A stretch of DNA of 64,000 bases from Candidatus Dormibacteria bacterium (lineage in GTDB: Bacteria; Chloroflexota; Dormibacteria; Aeolococcales; Aeolococcaceae), in contig JBPCLW010000042.1 in the NCBI GenBank assembly GCA_051002895.1, positions 120,927-184,926 on the forward strand. The letters are read 5' to 3'. Positions within the stretch are counted from its first letter, which is position 1, and each line of letters starts with the position of its first letter. The notes under the pieces were generated by a model. The model ran no database searches and was not told the DNA's origin. It saw only the letters and a program-made list of their open reading frames with translations. Below, in pieces: positions 32,864 to 41,722 of the stretch. The translations under genes and the position numbers were made by a program.

Positions 32864-33889
32864 ATGGTGCTCAGAGGTCTCAACGCGACGCCGACGGCCG
32901 CGGGGCCGACCCCTCCTGCTACCCGGTTGAACCGACGGCTGGTGGGTGGCGCAGCTGCTGTGGTGATCCTCGCTGTGCTCGCCGGCCTCACCTACTCGTT
33001 AGCACTCAGCCTCACCGCCATGACCCCGGGTGCACTACAGGCAACCATCATGGCCATCGTGTCGTTTGCACTCGTCGCGACGATCTTTGCCGCTCTGGAA
33101 CACGTCTCTCCGGAACAGAGCGTCCGTCGCGAGTGGCGCCAGCGGGAGCGCAGGGCCGACGTGTGCTGGTGGTTCGTGGGCTATGGCTCACGCTTCGCTG
33201 CTGATATCACCACCTTCGTATGCATCGCGCTCATTATCCGCGTGCTCCCCGACCATCCGACTGCCATGGTCAACACGCAGCCCCTATGGCTGCAGATGAT
33301 CGAGGCGCTGCTGATCGGCGACTTCCTCCAGTACTGGGTGCATCGCTGCCTTCATAGTCGACGGCTCTGGTCGGTCCATGCCATCCATCATTCGCCCGAG
33401 GACTTGAACTGGCTCTCAGCGACGCGGATCCATCCGCTGGAAGTCATCCTCAAGGGGCCGATCGAAATGGCGCCGCTGTACTTCCTGGGGTTCTCGTCGG
33501 CGGCCACGCTGCCCTTGGTGGTGATCGTCCTAGGTCTCTACGAGCTCTTCCTGCACGCCAATGTCGGTTGGCGTTTCGGTGCGCTTCGATTCGTCATCGC
33601 CTCCCCAGCCTTCCATCGGTGGCATCACACTGCGGAGGTGGAGGGATTTGACAAGGACTTCGCTGGCCTGTTCCCGTTCTACGACCTTGCATTCGGGACA
33701 TACTTCCTGCCCGATCGGGCCTCCTCGGCCTACGGACTGGGCAGAGGGCAGCGCATGTCGTCGAGTTTCTGGCGCCAACTCATCAACCCGGGTCATTCGG
33801 CCGTGGATACCATCCCGACAGCGCGGAGGCGCTTGTCCAGTGTCGACAACATCGCAACGCTGACGCGGCCGACGTCAGCCGAGAGTTGA
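32864..33889 (+). CDS. fatty acid hydroxylase / sterol desaturase-family membrane di-iron enzyme
   Basis: Histidine boxes HRCLH, HAIHH and HRWHH, plus TM helices. Confidence 0.7.
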   Translation: MVLRGLNATPTAAGPTPPATRLNRRLVGGAAAVVILAVLAGLTYSLALSLTAMTPGALQATIMAIVSFALVATIFAALEHVSPEQSVRREWRQRERRADVCWWFVGYGSRFAADITTFVCIALIIRVLPDHPTAMVNTQPLWLQMIEALLIGDFLQYWVHRCLHSRRLWSVHAIHHSPEDLNWLSATRIHPLEVILKGPIEMAPLYFLGFSSAATLPLVVIVLGLYELFLHANVGWRFGALRFVIASPAFHRWHHTAEVEGFDKDFAGLFPFYDLAFGTYFLPDRASSAYGLGRGQRMSSSFWRQLINPGHSAVDTIPTARRRLSSVDNIATLTRPTSAES

Positions 33890-35908
33890 GAGGCCCCGCA
33901 TCAACTCGGCGAAATCCGCGAACGAGAGACTCTGCTCGGCGTCACTGAGAGCATGATCGGGGTCGGGATGGACCTCGATGAGCACGCCATGGGCGCCGAC
34001 AGCCCGCGCAGCCCGCGCCATGGGCGCGACGTAGGGACGGTATCCGGTGCCATGACTGGGATCCACGATGACCGGAAGATGAGTGCGCTCCCTGAGCACG
34101 CAGACCGCCGAGAGGTCCAGCGTGTTACGGGTGGCGCTCTCGAAGGTGCGAATACCCCGCTCACAGAGGATGACCTGCTGGTTACCGTGAGAAAGGATGT
34201 ATTCGGCGGCGCCGAGCCATTCCTCGATGGTGCTGGAGAGACCACGCTTCAGCAGTACCGGGCGGTCAACCTTGCCGAGTTCCCGGAGAAGGTCGAAGTT
34301 CTGCATGTTGCGAGCGCCGACCTGGAGAACGTCCACCTTCTCGGTCATGCGCGCCACCTGCTCCACCGCCATTACCTCGCTGATGATCGGCAGCCCATGA
34401 GCGCGCCCCGCAGCGTGCAGCATGTCCAGACCCTCCCACGCGCGGCCCTGGAATGCATACGGCGACGTCCGCGGCTTGAAGACCCCACCGCGGAGAATGT
34501 GGGCGCCGAGATCACGGACGGCGCGAGCGGTTGCATCCACCTGTTCAGCAGACTCGACCGCGCAGGGGCCGGCCATGACCACGAAGCCATCCCCCCCCAC
34601 CAGAGTGTTTCCGACACGGATGACCGTATCCTGGGGTCGCGTCGCGCGACTCGCCAATCGATAGTTCTTCGACGGCTTGACTGCGGGTGCCGACCGGGGG
34701 GAGGCGTTGGCGGCGACCGTGGCGGCGGCACGCGGATGCCCGCCGGCGGGTACCCGCCCCGTCTGGGGCTCGGCACTAGTGGCGGTCGCCGGGTAACTGC
34801 CGAGCACTTTGAGATGCAGGGCCGCACTGCGCACTTCATCAAGCGCGTCAAGCGTCGCCTGGTCGGCGATGTTACCCATGATGTCGATGAAGAACATGTA
34901 TTCCCACGGCCGTCCTGGTCGCGGTCGCGACTCCAGCTTGGTCATGGAGAGGCCGTTGCCGGAGAGAATCTCCAGGCAGCGGAGCAGTGCGCCCTGCTCA
35001 TGCCGGGTGCCGATGATGAGACTCGTTTTGCAGGGAACGCGAGGATCGATGGCTTCCGGACTCTGCGCGAGCACCACGAACCGGGTGTGGTTCTCCTCCT
35101 GGTTGGCCACCGATCGGCGCAGGATCACCAGCCCCGCTGCATCCGCTGCCTGGGCCGAGCCGATCGCCGCCTGGGCAGCGTCGCTCTGCTCGGCGACGAA
35201 TCGCATGGCGCCAGAGGTGTCGAAGTGAGGCACCGCAATGGCATGCGGTAGCGACTGGATGAATTCCGAGCACTGGTCGAGCGCCATGGGATGCGAGAGA
35301 ATGCGCTCCAGGGCTGAGAGCGGCACCTCGGCCACCCCCGCCAGGCAGTGATCAGCTTTCCAGGTCTCCTCGCCAACGATGGAGAGTTCTCGCTCGCGGA
35401 GCAGGTTGTAAACCTCGGTGATGCTTCCCGCGGTGGTGTTTTCGATGGGAGCGACGACGAGGTCGAGGTCGCCGCTCAGAAGAGCATCAACGGCAGCGGC
35501 AAAGCTCCGAAAGCCGGTGAGCGAACCGTCCAGCTGACGTCCCGACATGTACTTCTGGGCGGCGAGGTGACTGTAGGCAAACTCGACGCCCTGGAAGCCA
35601 ACCCGCACCTCTGCGCCGCGTGCGCCACGGAGGTCGGCGGCCTGGCGGATGACGGATTGGCTGAGCAGTTCCTCGAAGATGCGGCGCACCAACGGAACGG
35701 GAACACCGCGCGCACGCGCCGTCCGCTCCACGCCCTCCAACACCTCTCGCTCGCGCTGGTGATCGCGAATGGCCGCCACTGAGCCCTGCTTCTGAGCGGC
35801 AACAGAGGCGATGACGTTGAATCGCTCGGCGATGAGATCGACGAGTTGGGCGTCGACAGAGTCTAGGCGCTCCCGGAGTGCGGAGAGGTCGGCGACGGAG
35901 TCTTCCAC
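33875..35908 (-). CDS. tri-functional fusion: chorismate mutase (AroQ) / prephenate dehydratase + ACT / type I-beta DAHP synthase
   Basis: N-terminus [20 protein letters not shown] is chorismate mutase. [17 protein letters not shown]...ENTTAGSI plus a regulatory ACT region is prephenate dehydratase. A Pro/Ala-rich linker follows. C-terminus [10 protein letters not shown]...[18 protein letters not shown]...[10 protein letters not shown]...VDPSH is DAHP synthase I-beta. Confidence 0.8.
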   Translation of the reverse strand: MEDSVADLSALRERLDSVDAQLVDLIAERFNVIASVAAQKQGSVAAIRDHQREREVLEGVERTARARGVPVPLVRRIFEELLSQSVIRQAADLRGARGAEVRVGFQGVEFAYSHLAAQKYMSGRQLDGSLTGFRSFAAAVDALLSGDLDLVVAPIENTTAGSITEVYNLLRERELSIVGEETWKADHCLAGVAEVPLSALERILSHPMALDQCSEFIQSLPHAIAVPHFDTSGAMRFVAEQSDAAQAAIGSAQAADAAGLVILRRSVANQEENHTRFVVLAQSPEAIDPRVPCKTSLIIGTRHEQGALLRCLEILSGNGLSMTKLESRPRPGRPWEYMFFIDIMGNIADQATLDALDEVRSAALHLKVLGSYPATATSAEPQTGRVPAGGHPRAAATVAANASPRSAPAVKPSKNYRLASRATRPQDTVIRVGNTLVGGDGFVVMAGPCAVESAEQVDATARAVRDLGAHILRGGVFKPRTSPYAFQGRAWEGLDMLHAAGRAHGLPIISEVMAVEQVARMTEKVDVLQVGARNMQNFDLLRELGKVDRPVLLKRGLSSTIEEWLGAAEYILSHGNQQVILCERGIRTFESATRNTLDLSAVCVLRERTHLPVIVDPSHGTGYRPYVAPMARAARAVGAHGVLIEVHPDPDHALSDAEQSLSFADFAELMRGLSTLG

Positions 35909-35954
35909 GCCCGAAGTCTACGGTTCGACTGGTGGACTCTCGCTCGGCATCACG

Positions 35955-36713
35955 TCAGGGGATGTCGCGCCGCAGCGTCAGGACCCACCCGAGAATCGCG
36001 AAGAGCATGCCGTAGCCGAGCAGGAGGAGGCCTCCCTGCCACGGCTCCAGGACCTTGGTGCCGGCGCGGGCCGCGGTGATCGCCGAAGCCGCTGCCCCGG
36101 GGAAGTACTCATAGACCTCCTTGACGCCGGGGATGATGCGCAGCAGCGGCTCGACGATGAGCAGGTAGGCGAGGGAGACCATCACTGCGGCGATCTGGTT
36201 GCGCAGGAGCACACCAATGCCCACGCCAACGACGGCGAAGATCGCCACCGCAGCGATGGCTCCCAGAAGGATCCGTGTCAACTCCGCCTGGGACCAGAGG
36301 ATGGTGACGCCCTTGGCATTCAGCCAGAGCACGGCGATGCCCACCGCAACACCCACGCAGACGATGCCGTAGAGCGCGCCCAATCCCAACGCGACGAGCA
36401 ACTTGCTCACGATGACGCGTCCCCGGCGGGGCTCGATGAGAAACGTCGGACGCGAGGTGAAATGGCGAAACTCGGAGGTCACCAGGATGACGCCAACGAC
36501 GAGAGAGAAGATGTAACCGCCGACGGCGGACGCCAGGATCTGCTGCTGGGTGGAGGCGGCGCTCAGCGCTGGCTGCGGGTTCCCCGGGGCTCCGTTGGAC
36601 GCGATCTGGGCAACCACCCCGAGGCTGGAGAATGCCACCGCGCCGAGAAGCATCCCCCACCAAAGCTTGGTACTCAGCAGCTTGCGAATCTCCGCACGGA
36701 TGAGCCGGATCAT
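35955..36713 (-). CDS. ABC-2 family transporter permease
   Basis: Six TM helices; 252 aa; 4-nt overlap with the upstream ATPase. Confidence 0.75.
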   Translation of the reverse strand: MIRLIRAEIRKLLSTKLWWGMLLGAVAFSSLGVVAQIASNGAPGNPQPALSAASTQQQILASAVGGYIFSLVVGVILVTSEFRHFTSRPTFLIEPRRGRVIVSKLLVALGLGALYGIVCVGVAVGIAVLWLNAKGVTILWSQAELTRILLGAIAAVAIFAVVGVGIGVLLRNQIAAVMVSLAYLLIVEPLLRIIPGVKEVYEYFPGAAASAITAARAGTKVLEPWQGGLLLLGYGMLFAILGWVLTLRRDIP

Positions 36714-37702
36714 GCCGACGCTCCCGAATCGATGGCTGCCGGTGGTGGCGGAGGCGCACCGTCACCTTCGGATGTGAGCTGAAGGAAGATCTCCTCCAGG
36801 CTCGAGCTCGCCTCTCGCAGTTCGTGAAGTTCGACCTGGGCCTGCCACGCAGCATGGCCAACGACAGCCGGGGTCACCCCCACGATCCGCAAGCCTCCAT
36901 CCGGGTCGGGACTCACCACCGCCCCGAGCGACGCCAGAGCAGCAGCGAGGACATCTGGAGAAGGCGTCCGCACCAGGACACCGATGCTGCCCTCGCCACG
37001 AAGTTCGCCGAGTGTGCCCTCGTGCACCAAGCGCCCATGGGCCACGATGACGACGCGGTCCACCGTCTGCTCCACCTCGGAAAGCACGTGACTGGAGACG
37101 AGGACTGTGCGGCCCTCGGCCTGGGCGAGATGACGCAGGGTGGTGCGCAGCCAGACGATGCCCTCGGGGTCCAGGCCGTTCGCCGGTTCGTCGAGAATGA
37201 GAACGCGAGGGTCGCCAATGAGCGCTGTGGCGAGGCCGAGCCGTTGGCGCATACCCAGAGAGAATCCGCGCACCGGATATTTCGCCGCTGGCGCGAGGCC
37301 GACGATATCGAGGACCTCGTGGGCCCGCTGATCGGGGACCCCGGCGGCGGCGCAGTACACCCGAAGGTGATTGAGCGCCGTACGACCGGGATGGAAGCTC
37401 GTGGCCTCGAGGACGGCGCCGACAAGGCGGCCCGGGGCAGGAATACGTGCATAGGTACGACCGCCGATGGTCGCCGTCCCCGCGTCAGCAGAGGCAAGGC
37501 CGAGGACCACGCGCAGGGTGGTGGTCTTCCCAGCTCCATTGGGGCCGAGAAATCCAGTCACAGAGCCGGGCTCGACGCTGAAGCTGAGGTCGTCGACGGC
37601 ACGGACGCCGCCGAAGTTCTTGGTCAGCCCGGCGACCTCGATGCGCCCCTGGTTCGTCTCCACGGGGTGGCATGGTGCCGGATCTGCCCCTGCACGGGCC
37701 AC
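36710..37702 (-). CDS. ABC transporter ATP-binding protein
   Basis: GPNGAGKTT Walker A, LSLGMRQRL signature, ILDEP Walker B. Confidence 0.85.
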   Translation of the reverse strand: MARAGADPAPCHPVETNQGRIEVAGLTKNFGGVRAVDDLSFSVEPGSVTGFLGPNGAGKTTTLRVVLGLASADAGTATIGGRTYARIPAPGRLVGAVLEATSFHPGRTALNHLRVYCAAAGVPDQRAHEVLDIVGLAPAAKYPVRGFSLGMRQRLGLATALIGDPRVLILDEPANGLDPEGIVWLRTTLRHLAQAEGRTVLVSSHVLSEVEQTVDRVVIVAHGRLVHEGTLGELRGEGSIGVLVRTPSPDVLAAALASLGAVVSPDPDGGLRIVGVTPAVVGHAAWQAQVELHELREASSSLEEIFLQLTSEGDGAPPPPPAAIDSGASA

Positions 37703-37711
37703 TCGCGTGGG

Positions 37712-40648
37712 TCAGCTGGCAGGATAGAGCACCGCGTCAGCCACCGCGAAGATCTTCATCCCGGCGTCGTCGAACTTGATGACGACCTCCTCGCCGGAGC
37801 GGGTCATCGTCGACTTGAGAACGGTGCCCGAGCCAAACTTCGGATGCTCGACACGGTCACCTTGCCCGTACCGCTGTGGCGCGCTCTCCACGGGATTGGC
37901 GCGAACAGCATGAGCGTGTACGGCATCGCGGACAGCCCCGGGGGTCCGTGGCGCCACCGGGCTCGGGCCACCGGGTCGTCGGCGCACGTCGAGAAGCTCG
38001 GCAGGGATCTCGGCAAGGAAACGCGAGGCCTCAGCCAGGTGGGCGGCGCCGTAGAGGTGGCGACGGTAGGCGTGCAGTAGGTAGAGGCGGCGCTGGGCAC
38101 GGGTGACCCCGACGTAGGTGAGGCGGCGCTCCTCGGCAATCCCCTCGTCGCCCTCCTCGAGCGCCCGGACATGGGGGAGCAGCCCTTCCTCAAGGCCCGC
38201 CATGAATACGATAGGAAATTCCAAGCCCTTCACCTGGTGCAGGGTGATGAGGGTGACCCCCTGGGCGTTGTCGTCCATGGTGTCGACGTCGCTGACCAGG
38301 GCGACGTTCTCGAGAAACTGCTGCAGCCCCTCGGGCGCGGCGATGTCGGCGTACTCGCCGGCCAGGCCGACGAGTTCCAGCACGTTATTCCAACGTTCCT
38401 CGCCCTCGGGGGTCCCGTCGCGCACCATCGACTGATAGCCGGTCTCGGCAAGCACCCGATCGACGAGCTGAGGCACGGGCAGCCGCGCCGCCAGGCCGCG
38501 AAGGCTCTCGACCAGTTCAAAGAAGTGGGTGAGCGACTGCACCGCCGCCGGGGTCATGCTGGCCTCACCGCTCAGGTGCTGGGTAGCTTCGAACGGCGAG
38601 ATCCTCTTGCGCCGGGCGACCTTCTCCAGCTCCCTCACCGTCTTGTCCCCGATCTTACGGCGGGGCACGTTGACAATCCGGCCGAAGGACACTGCGTCCC
38701 TGGGGTTGGCGAGCAGCCGCAGGTAGGCGAGAACGTCCTTGACCTCGCGGCGCTCGTAGAAACGCATGCCTCCCACCAACCGGTAGGGGATTCCGCGGCG
38801 CAGCAGCACCTCCTCGAAAGCGCGCGACTGGGCGTTGGTGCGATACAGAACCGCGCAATCGGCCAGCGAGGACGAGCCGCCCCCGATGAGGCTCTCGATC
38901 TCGCTGCAGATCGCCATCGCCTCCTCCTGCTCGTCGTACACCGTGATGAGGCGAACAGGCTCACCGCCGCTAGTCTCGGTCCACAGCCTCTTGGCGGCGC
39001 GCCCGGTGTTGCGACTGATGACAGCGTGGGCGGTGTCGAGAATCTGCTGGGTGGAGCGATAGTTCTGCTCCAGGGTGACCACCTGAGCGTCAGGATAGTC
39101 GCGGCGGAACTCGAGGATGTTGCGGATGTCCGCGCCGCGCCAGCGATAGATCGAGTTATGGGTAACGATGTCGTTGGCGATATAGTTGTGCGTGTTCTGC
39201 ACATCGATGTCATAGACATCGCCGTCATATGGCAGCCTTTCGACGCTCTCAACCTCGTCCCAGCCGCCATCAGCGTCAACCATGACCATGCCCGGATGGA
39301 CTGAGGCTGCGGGAACCAGCGGAAGCGAGTTCGAGCCGCAGTATCCAGCGAGGTTGTGACCGAGGCGGGCCACTTGGACGATGTGACCGCCCAGAGCAAC
39401 TCTCAAGCGCTCCGCGGTCGCGAGGACCGCCCCGAGGTCCTTCGCGGCTGTCTCGTGACGCCAGCTCTGGCCACCCTTCCGTGACGGCCGCACCGAGAGC
39501 CCCAGCCGGCGGATTGTCATCGCCCCCGTCTCGTCGTTGCCGACAACGGAGAGTCGGTGCATCGGCGTAGCGCCACGCTTGTCGCTACAGAGAGTGACCA
39601 CGATGTTGCGGCGACTGCTGTTGCGCGACTGTGGTCGGTGGTTGCGCTCAAGGCCAGGCCGGTACCCGCTGAAGTGCGTGTGCTCGGGCGTACTGACCAC
39701 CTCGCGACCGGCTGCGGTGCGGATCCTGACAACTTCCCCACGTGCCCGACGCCGGACGGAGCGCATGACCTGTGCCGGCCGGAAGGTTCCGCTACCTGCG
39801 GCAGACAGAACCGTGTCACCGGCCCGAATCGTCTCAATCGATCTCGTACTGCCGTCGGAGAGCGTCACGGCTGTCCCGGCCACCATGCACTGGTCATCGT
39901 CCCCCACCACCGTGAGGTTGCGATGCGACGCCGCCAGCAGCGACACCATCAGGTACTGGGAATGGTTGGTGTCCTGGTACTCGTCGACGAAGACGTGCCG
40001 CCAGCGCCGCTGATAGTGCTCGAGGACAGGGGGCACATCGCGGAGCAGTTGCACCGGGCGCATGAGCAGATCATCGAAGTCGAGCGCAGCGGCGGCGCTC
40101 ATCTCCGCCTCGTAGGCGCGGTACGCCTTGGCGACCTCGGCCTCGTAGGATCCCAGAGCCTTGGCCTGGTACTCGGCGGCGGTCAGCATCTCGTTCTTCG
40201 CGGCACTGACTTGGTGGACGACCTTGGCTGCGGGGAAGCGCTTCTCATCGAGACCAATCGATTGGATGGCTCGGCGCATCGCCGACACCCGATCAGCCTC
40301 GTCGTAGATCGAGAACGTCGAGGGGATGCCGATGGCATCACCGTCGCGGCGGAGGATGCGGGCACCGATGGCGTGGAAGGTACCCAGCCACATCCCCGCC
40401 ACCGATTCACCCAAGAGTTCCTCGACCCGGCTGCGCATCTCCCGCGCCGCCTTGTTGGTGAACGTCACGGCAACGATCTCGTTGGAGCGGACGCCGCGCG
40501 CGCCGATGACGTGAGCGATTCGGTGGGTGAGCACCCGCGTCTTGCCACTTCCAGCGCCGGCGAAGATGAGCAGCGGCCCATCAGGAGCCTCAACCGCCTC
40601 GCGCTGGGCAGGATTCAGGGTGGCGAGCAGTGGATCGATGACGGTCAC
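37712..40648 (-). CDS. pcrA: ATP-dependent DNA helicase PcrA/UvrD, interrupted by an in-frame intein
   Basis: GAGSGKT (motif I), DEYQDTN (motif II), VVGDDDQ then intein then SIYRWRGA (motif III), plus downstream UvrD motifs. The extein is ~733 aa once the 245-aa intein is removed. Start set at GTG 40648, just after the stop of the upstream C-N hydrolase; the listed ORF start at 41032 is an over-extension. Confidence 0.9.
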   Translation of the reverse strand: MTVIDPLLATLNPAQREAVEAPDGPLLIFAGAGSGKTRVLTHRIAHVIGARGVRSNEIVAVTFTNKAAREMRSRVEELLGESVAGMWLGTFHAIGARILRRDGDAIGIPSTFSIYDEADRVSAMRRAIQSIGLDEKRFPAAKVVHQVSAAKNEMLTAAEYQAKALGSYEAEVAKAYRAYEAEMSAAAALDFDDLLMRPVQLLRDVPPVLEHYQRRWRHVFVDEYQDTNHSQYLMVSLLAASHRNLTVVGDDDQCMVAGTAVTLSDGSTRSIETIRAGDTVLSAAGSGTFRPAQVMRSVRRRARGEVVRIRTAAGREVVSTPEHTHFSGYRPGLERNHRPQSRNSSRRNIVVTLCSDKRGATPMHRLSVVGNDETGAMTIRRLGLSVRPSRKGGQSWRHETAAKDLGAVLATAERLRVALGGHIVQVARLGHNLAGYCGSNSLPLVPAASVHPGMVMVDADGGWDEVESVERLPYDGDVYDIDVQNTHNYIANDIVTHNSIYRWRGADIRNILEFRRDYPDAQVVTLEQNYRSTQQILDTAHAVISRNTGRAAKRLWTETSGGEPVRLITVYDEQEEAMAICSEIESLIGGGSSSLADCAVLYRTNAQSRAFEEVLLRRGIPYRLVGGMRFYERREVKDVLAYLRLLANPRDAVSFGRIVNVPRRKIGDKTVRELEKVARRKRISPFEATQHLSGEASMTPAAVQSLTHFFELVESLRGLAARLPVPQLVDRVLAETGYQSMVRDGTPEGEERWNNVLELVGLAGEYADIAAPEGLQQFLENVALVSDVDTMDDNAQGVTLITLHQVKGLEFPIVFMAGLEEGLLPHVRALEEGDEGIAEERRLTYVGVTRAQRRLYLLHAYRRHLYGAAHLAEASRFLAEIPAELLDVRRRPGGPSPVAPRTPGAVRDAVHAHAVRANPVESAPQRYGQGDRVEHPKFGSGTVLKSTMTRSGEEVVIKFDDAGMKIFAVADAVLYPAS
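39155..39889 (-). mobile_element. intein (245 aa) inserted in PcrA helicase motif III
   Basis: Begins with Cys (CMVAGTAVTLSDG). TPEHTHF matches intein block B. The terminal ...VYDIDVQNTHNYIANDIVTHN has His-Asn at the C-terminus. The +1 extein residue is Ser. No LAGLIDADG or HNH endonuclease motif is evident. Confidence 0.8.
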
Positions 40649-40655
40649 GCTCGGG

Positions 40656-41531
40656 TCACGAGGCCGGTGCCACTCCTCGGTGTGGCGCGTCGACCAGCTC
40701 AGCGCGGTAGGCGCCCTCACGACGGTCATCGAGAAGGTGGTTGCGCGGGGTGCGCTGGCGTGCCGCCTCCACGGAGTCGAGGTCGACATCGGCGACGAGC
40801 AGCTCCGGCTCGGACGCGCTCGCGGGACCGGCAACCGGCCAGCCGTCGGCCCCGACGATGAGCGAGTTACCAAGGAAGCTCGTGCCCCGCTCAGTGCCCA
40901 CCCGATCAGCGCAGGCGACCACAGTGCCGTTCGCCGCCGCGGCCGCGATGGCCATGTAGTTGCCCTGGATGTACCCCTGAGCGTCGTAGACAGTGCGCTT
41001 GAACGATGCCACCCAGTTCGTCGGGACCGCAATGATCTCCGCGCCCGCGAGAGCGAGGGCGCGCGCCACCTCGGGAAACCAGATATCGAAGCAGATCATC
41101 ATCCCCACGCGACCGAATGGGAGATCGACGATCGGGAGGCCGTCGCCCGCTCGGAACCATGACCGTTCGTCGTGGAAGAGTTGGACCTTGCGGTACGTGG
41201 CAACATGGCCCGACGGCCCCACCAGGATTGCGGAGTTGAAGCGGCCGTCGCCACCGCGCTCATTGAGCCCGCTGATGACGTGGAGGTCGTAGGCCCGGGC
41301 AACGGCGAGGAGAGCATCGGTGAAGGGCCCGTCGATGGACTCGCTGAGCTGCTCCGCCTCCGCCTCCGACTGAAAGACATAGCCGCTCGAAGCGAGCTCA
41401 GGCAGTACCACGAGTTGGGCTCCGGCCACTCCAGCACGGTCGGCCCAATGCACCGCCGCAGCACGGTTGGCCTCCAGATCCCCGACGGCGAGTTGGTACT
41501 GGGCGGCGGCGATACGGACGGGTCGAGCCAT
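40656..41531 (-). CDS. carbon-nitrogen hydrolase (nitrilase superfamily) protein
   Basis: VVLPELASSGY places the catalytic Glu; MMICFDIWFPE places the catalytic Cys; the Lys region is present; 291 aa. Confidence 0.85.
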   Translation of the reverse strand: MARPVRIAAAQYQLAVGDLEANRAAAVHWADRAGVAGAQLVVLPELASSGYVFQSEAEAEQLSESIDGPFTDALLAVARAYDLHVISGLNERGGDGRFNSAILVGPSGHVATYRKVQLFHDERSWFRAGDGLPIVDLPFGRVGMMICFDIWFPEVARALALAGAEIIAVPTNWVASFKRTVYDAQGYIQGNYMAIAAAAANGTVVACADRVGTERGTSFLGNSLIVGADGWPVAGPASASEPELLVADVDLDSVEAARQRTPRNHLLDDRREGAYRAELVDAPHRGVAPAS

Positions 41532-41722
41532 GGATCGAGACTAACAGGACGGAAATGGTGGCCGGTTACAACCAGGCCGCGCCCATGCTCGGCTCAGTGG
41601 TGATATGCAGCGGCCCCGCTGGGGAGAGCAGGAATAGGAACGCCTCGCGCACCCCCGGGATGATCTTCGCCGTGACACCCTGAGACCACAGCGCACGGGA
41701 CCTTCCTCTTGCCAACCCGACG

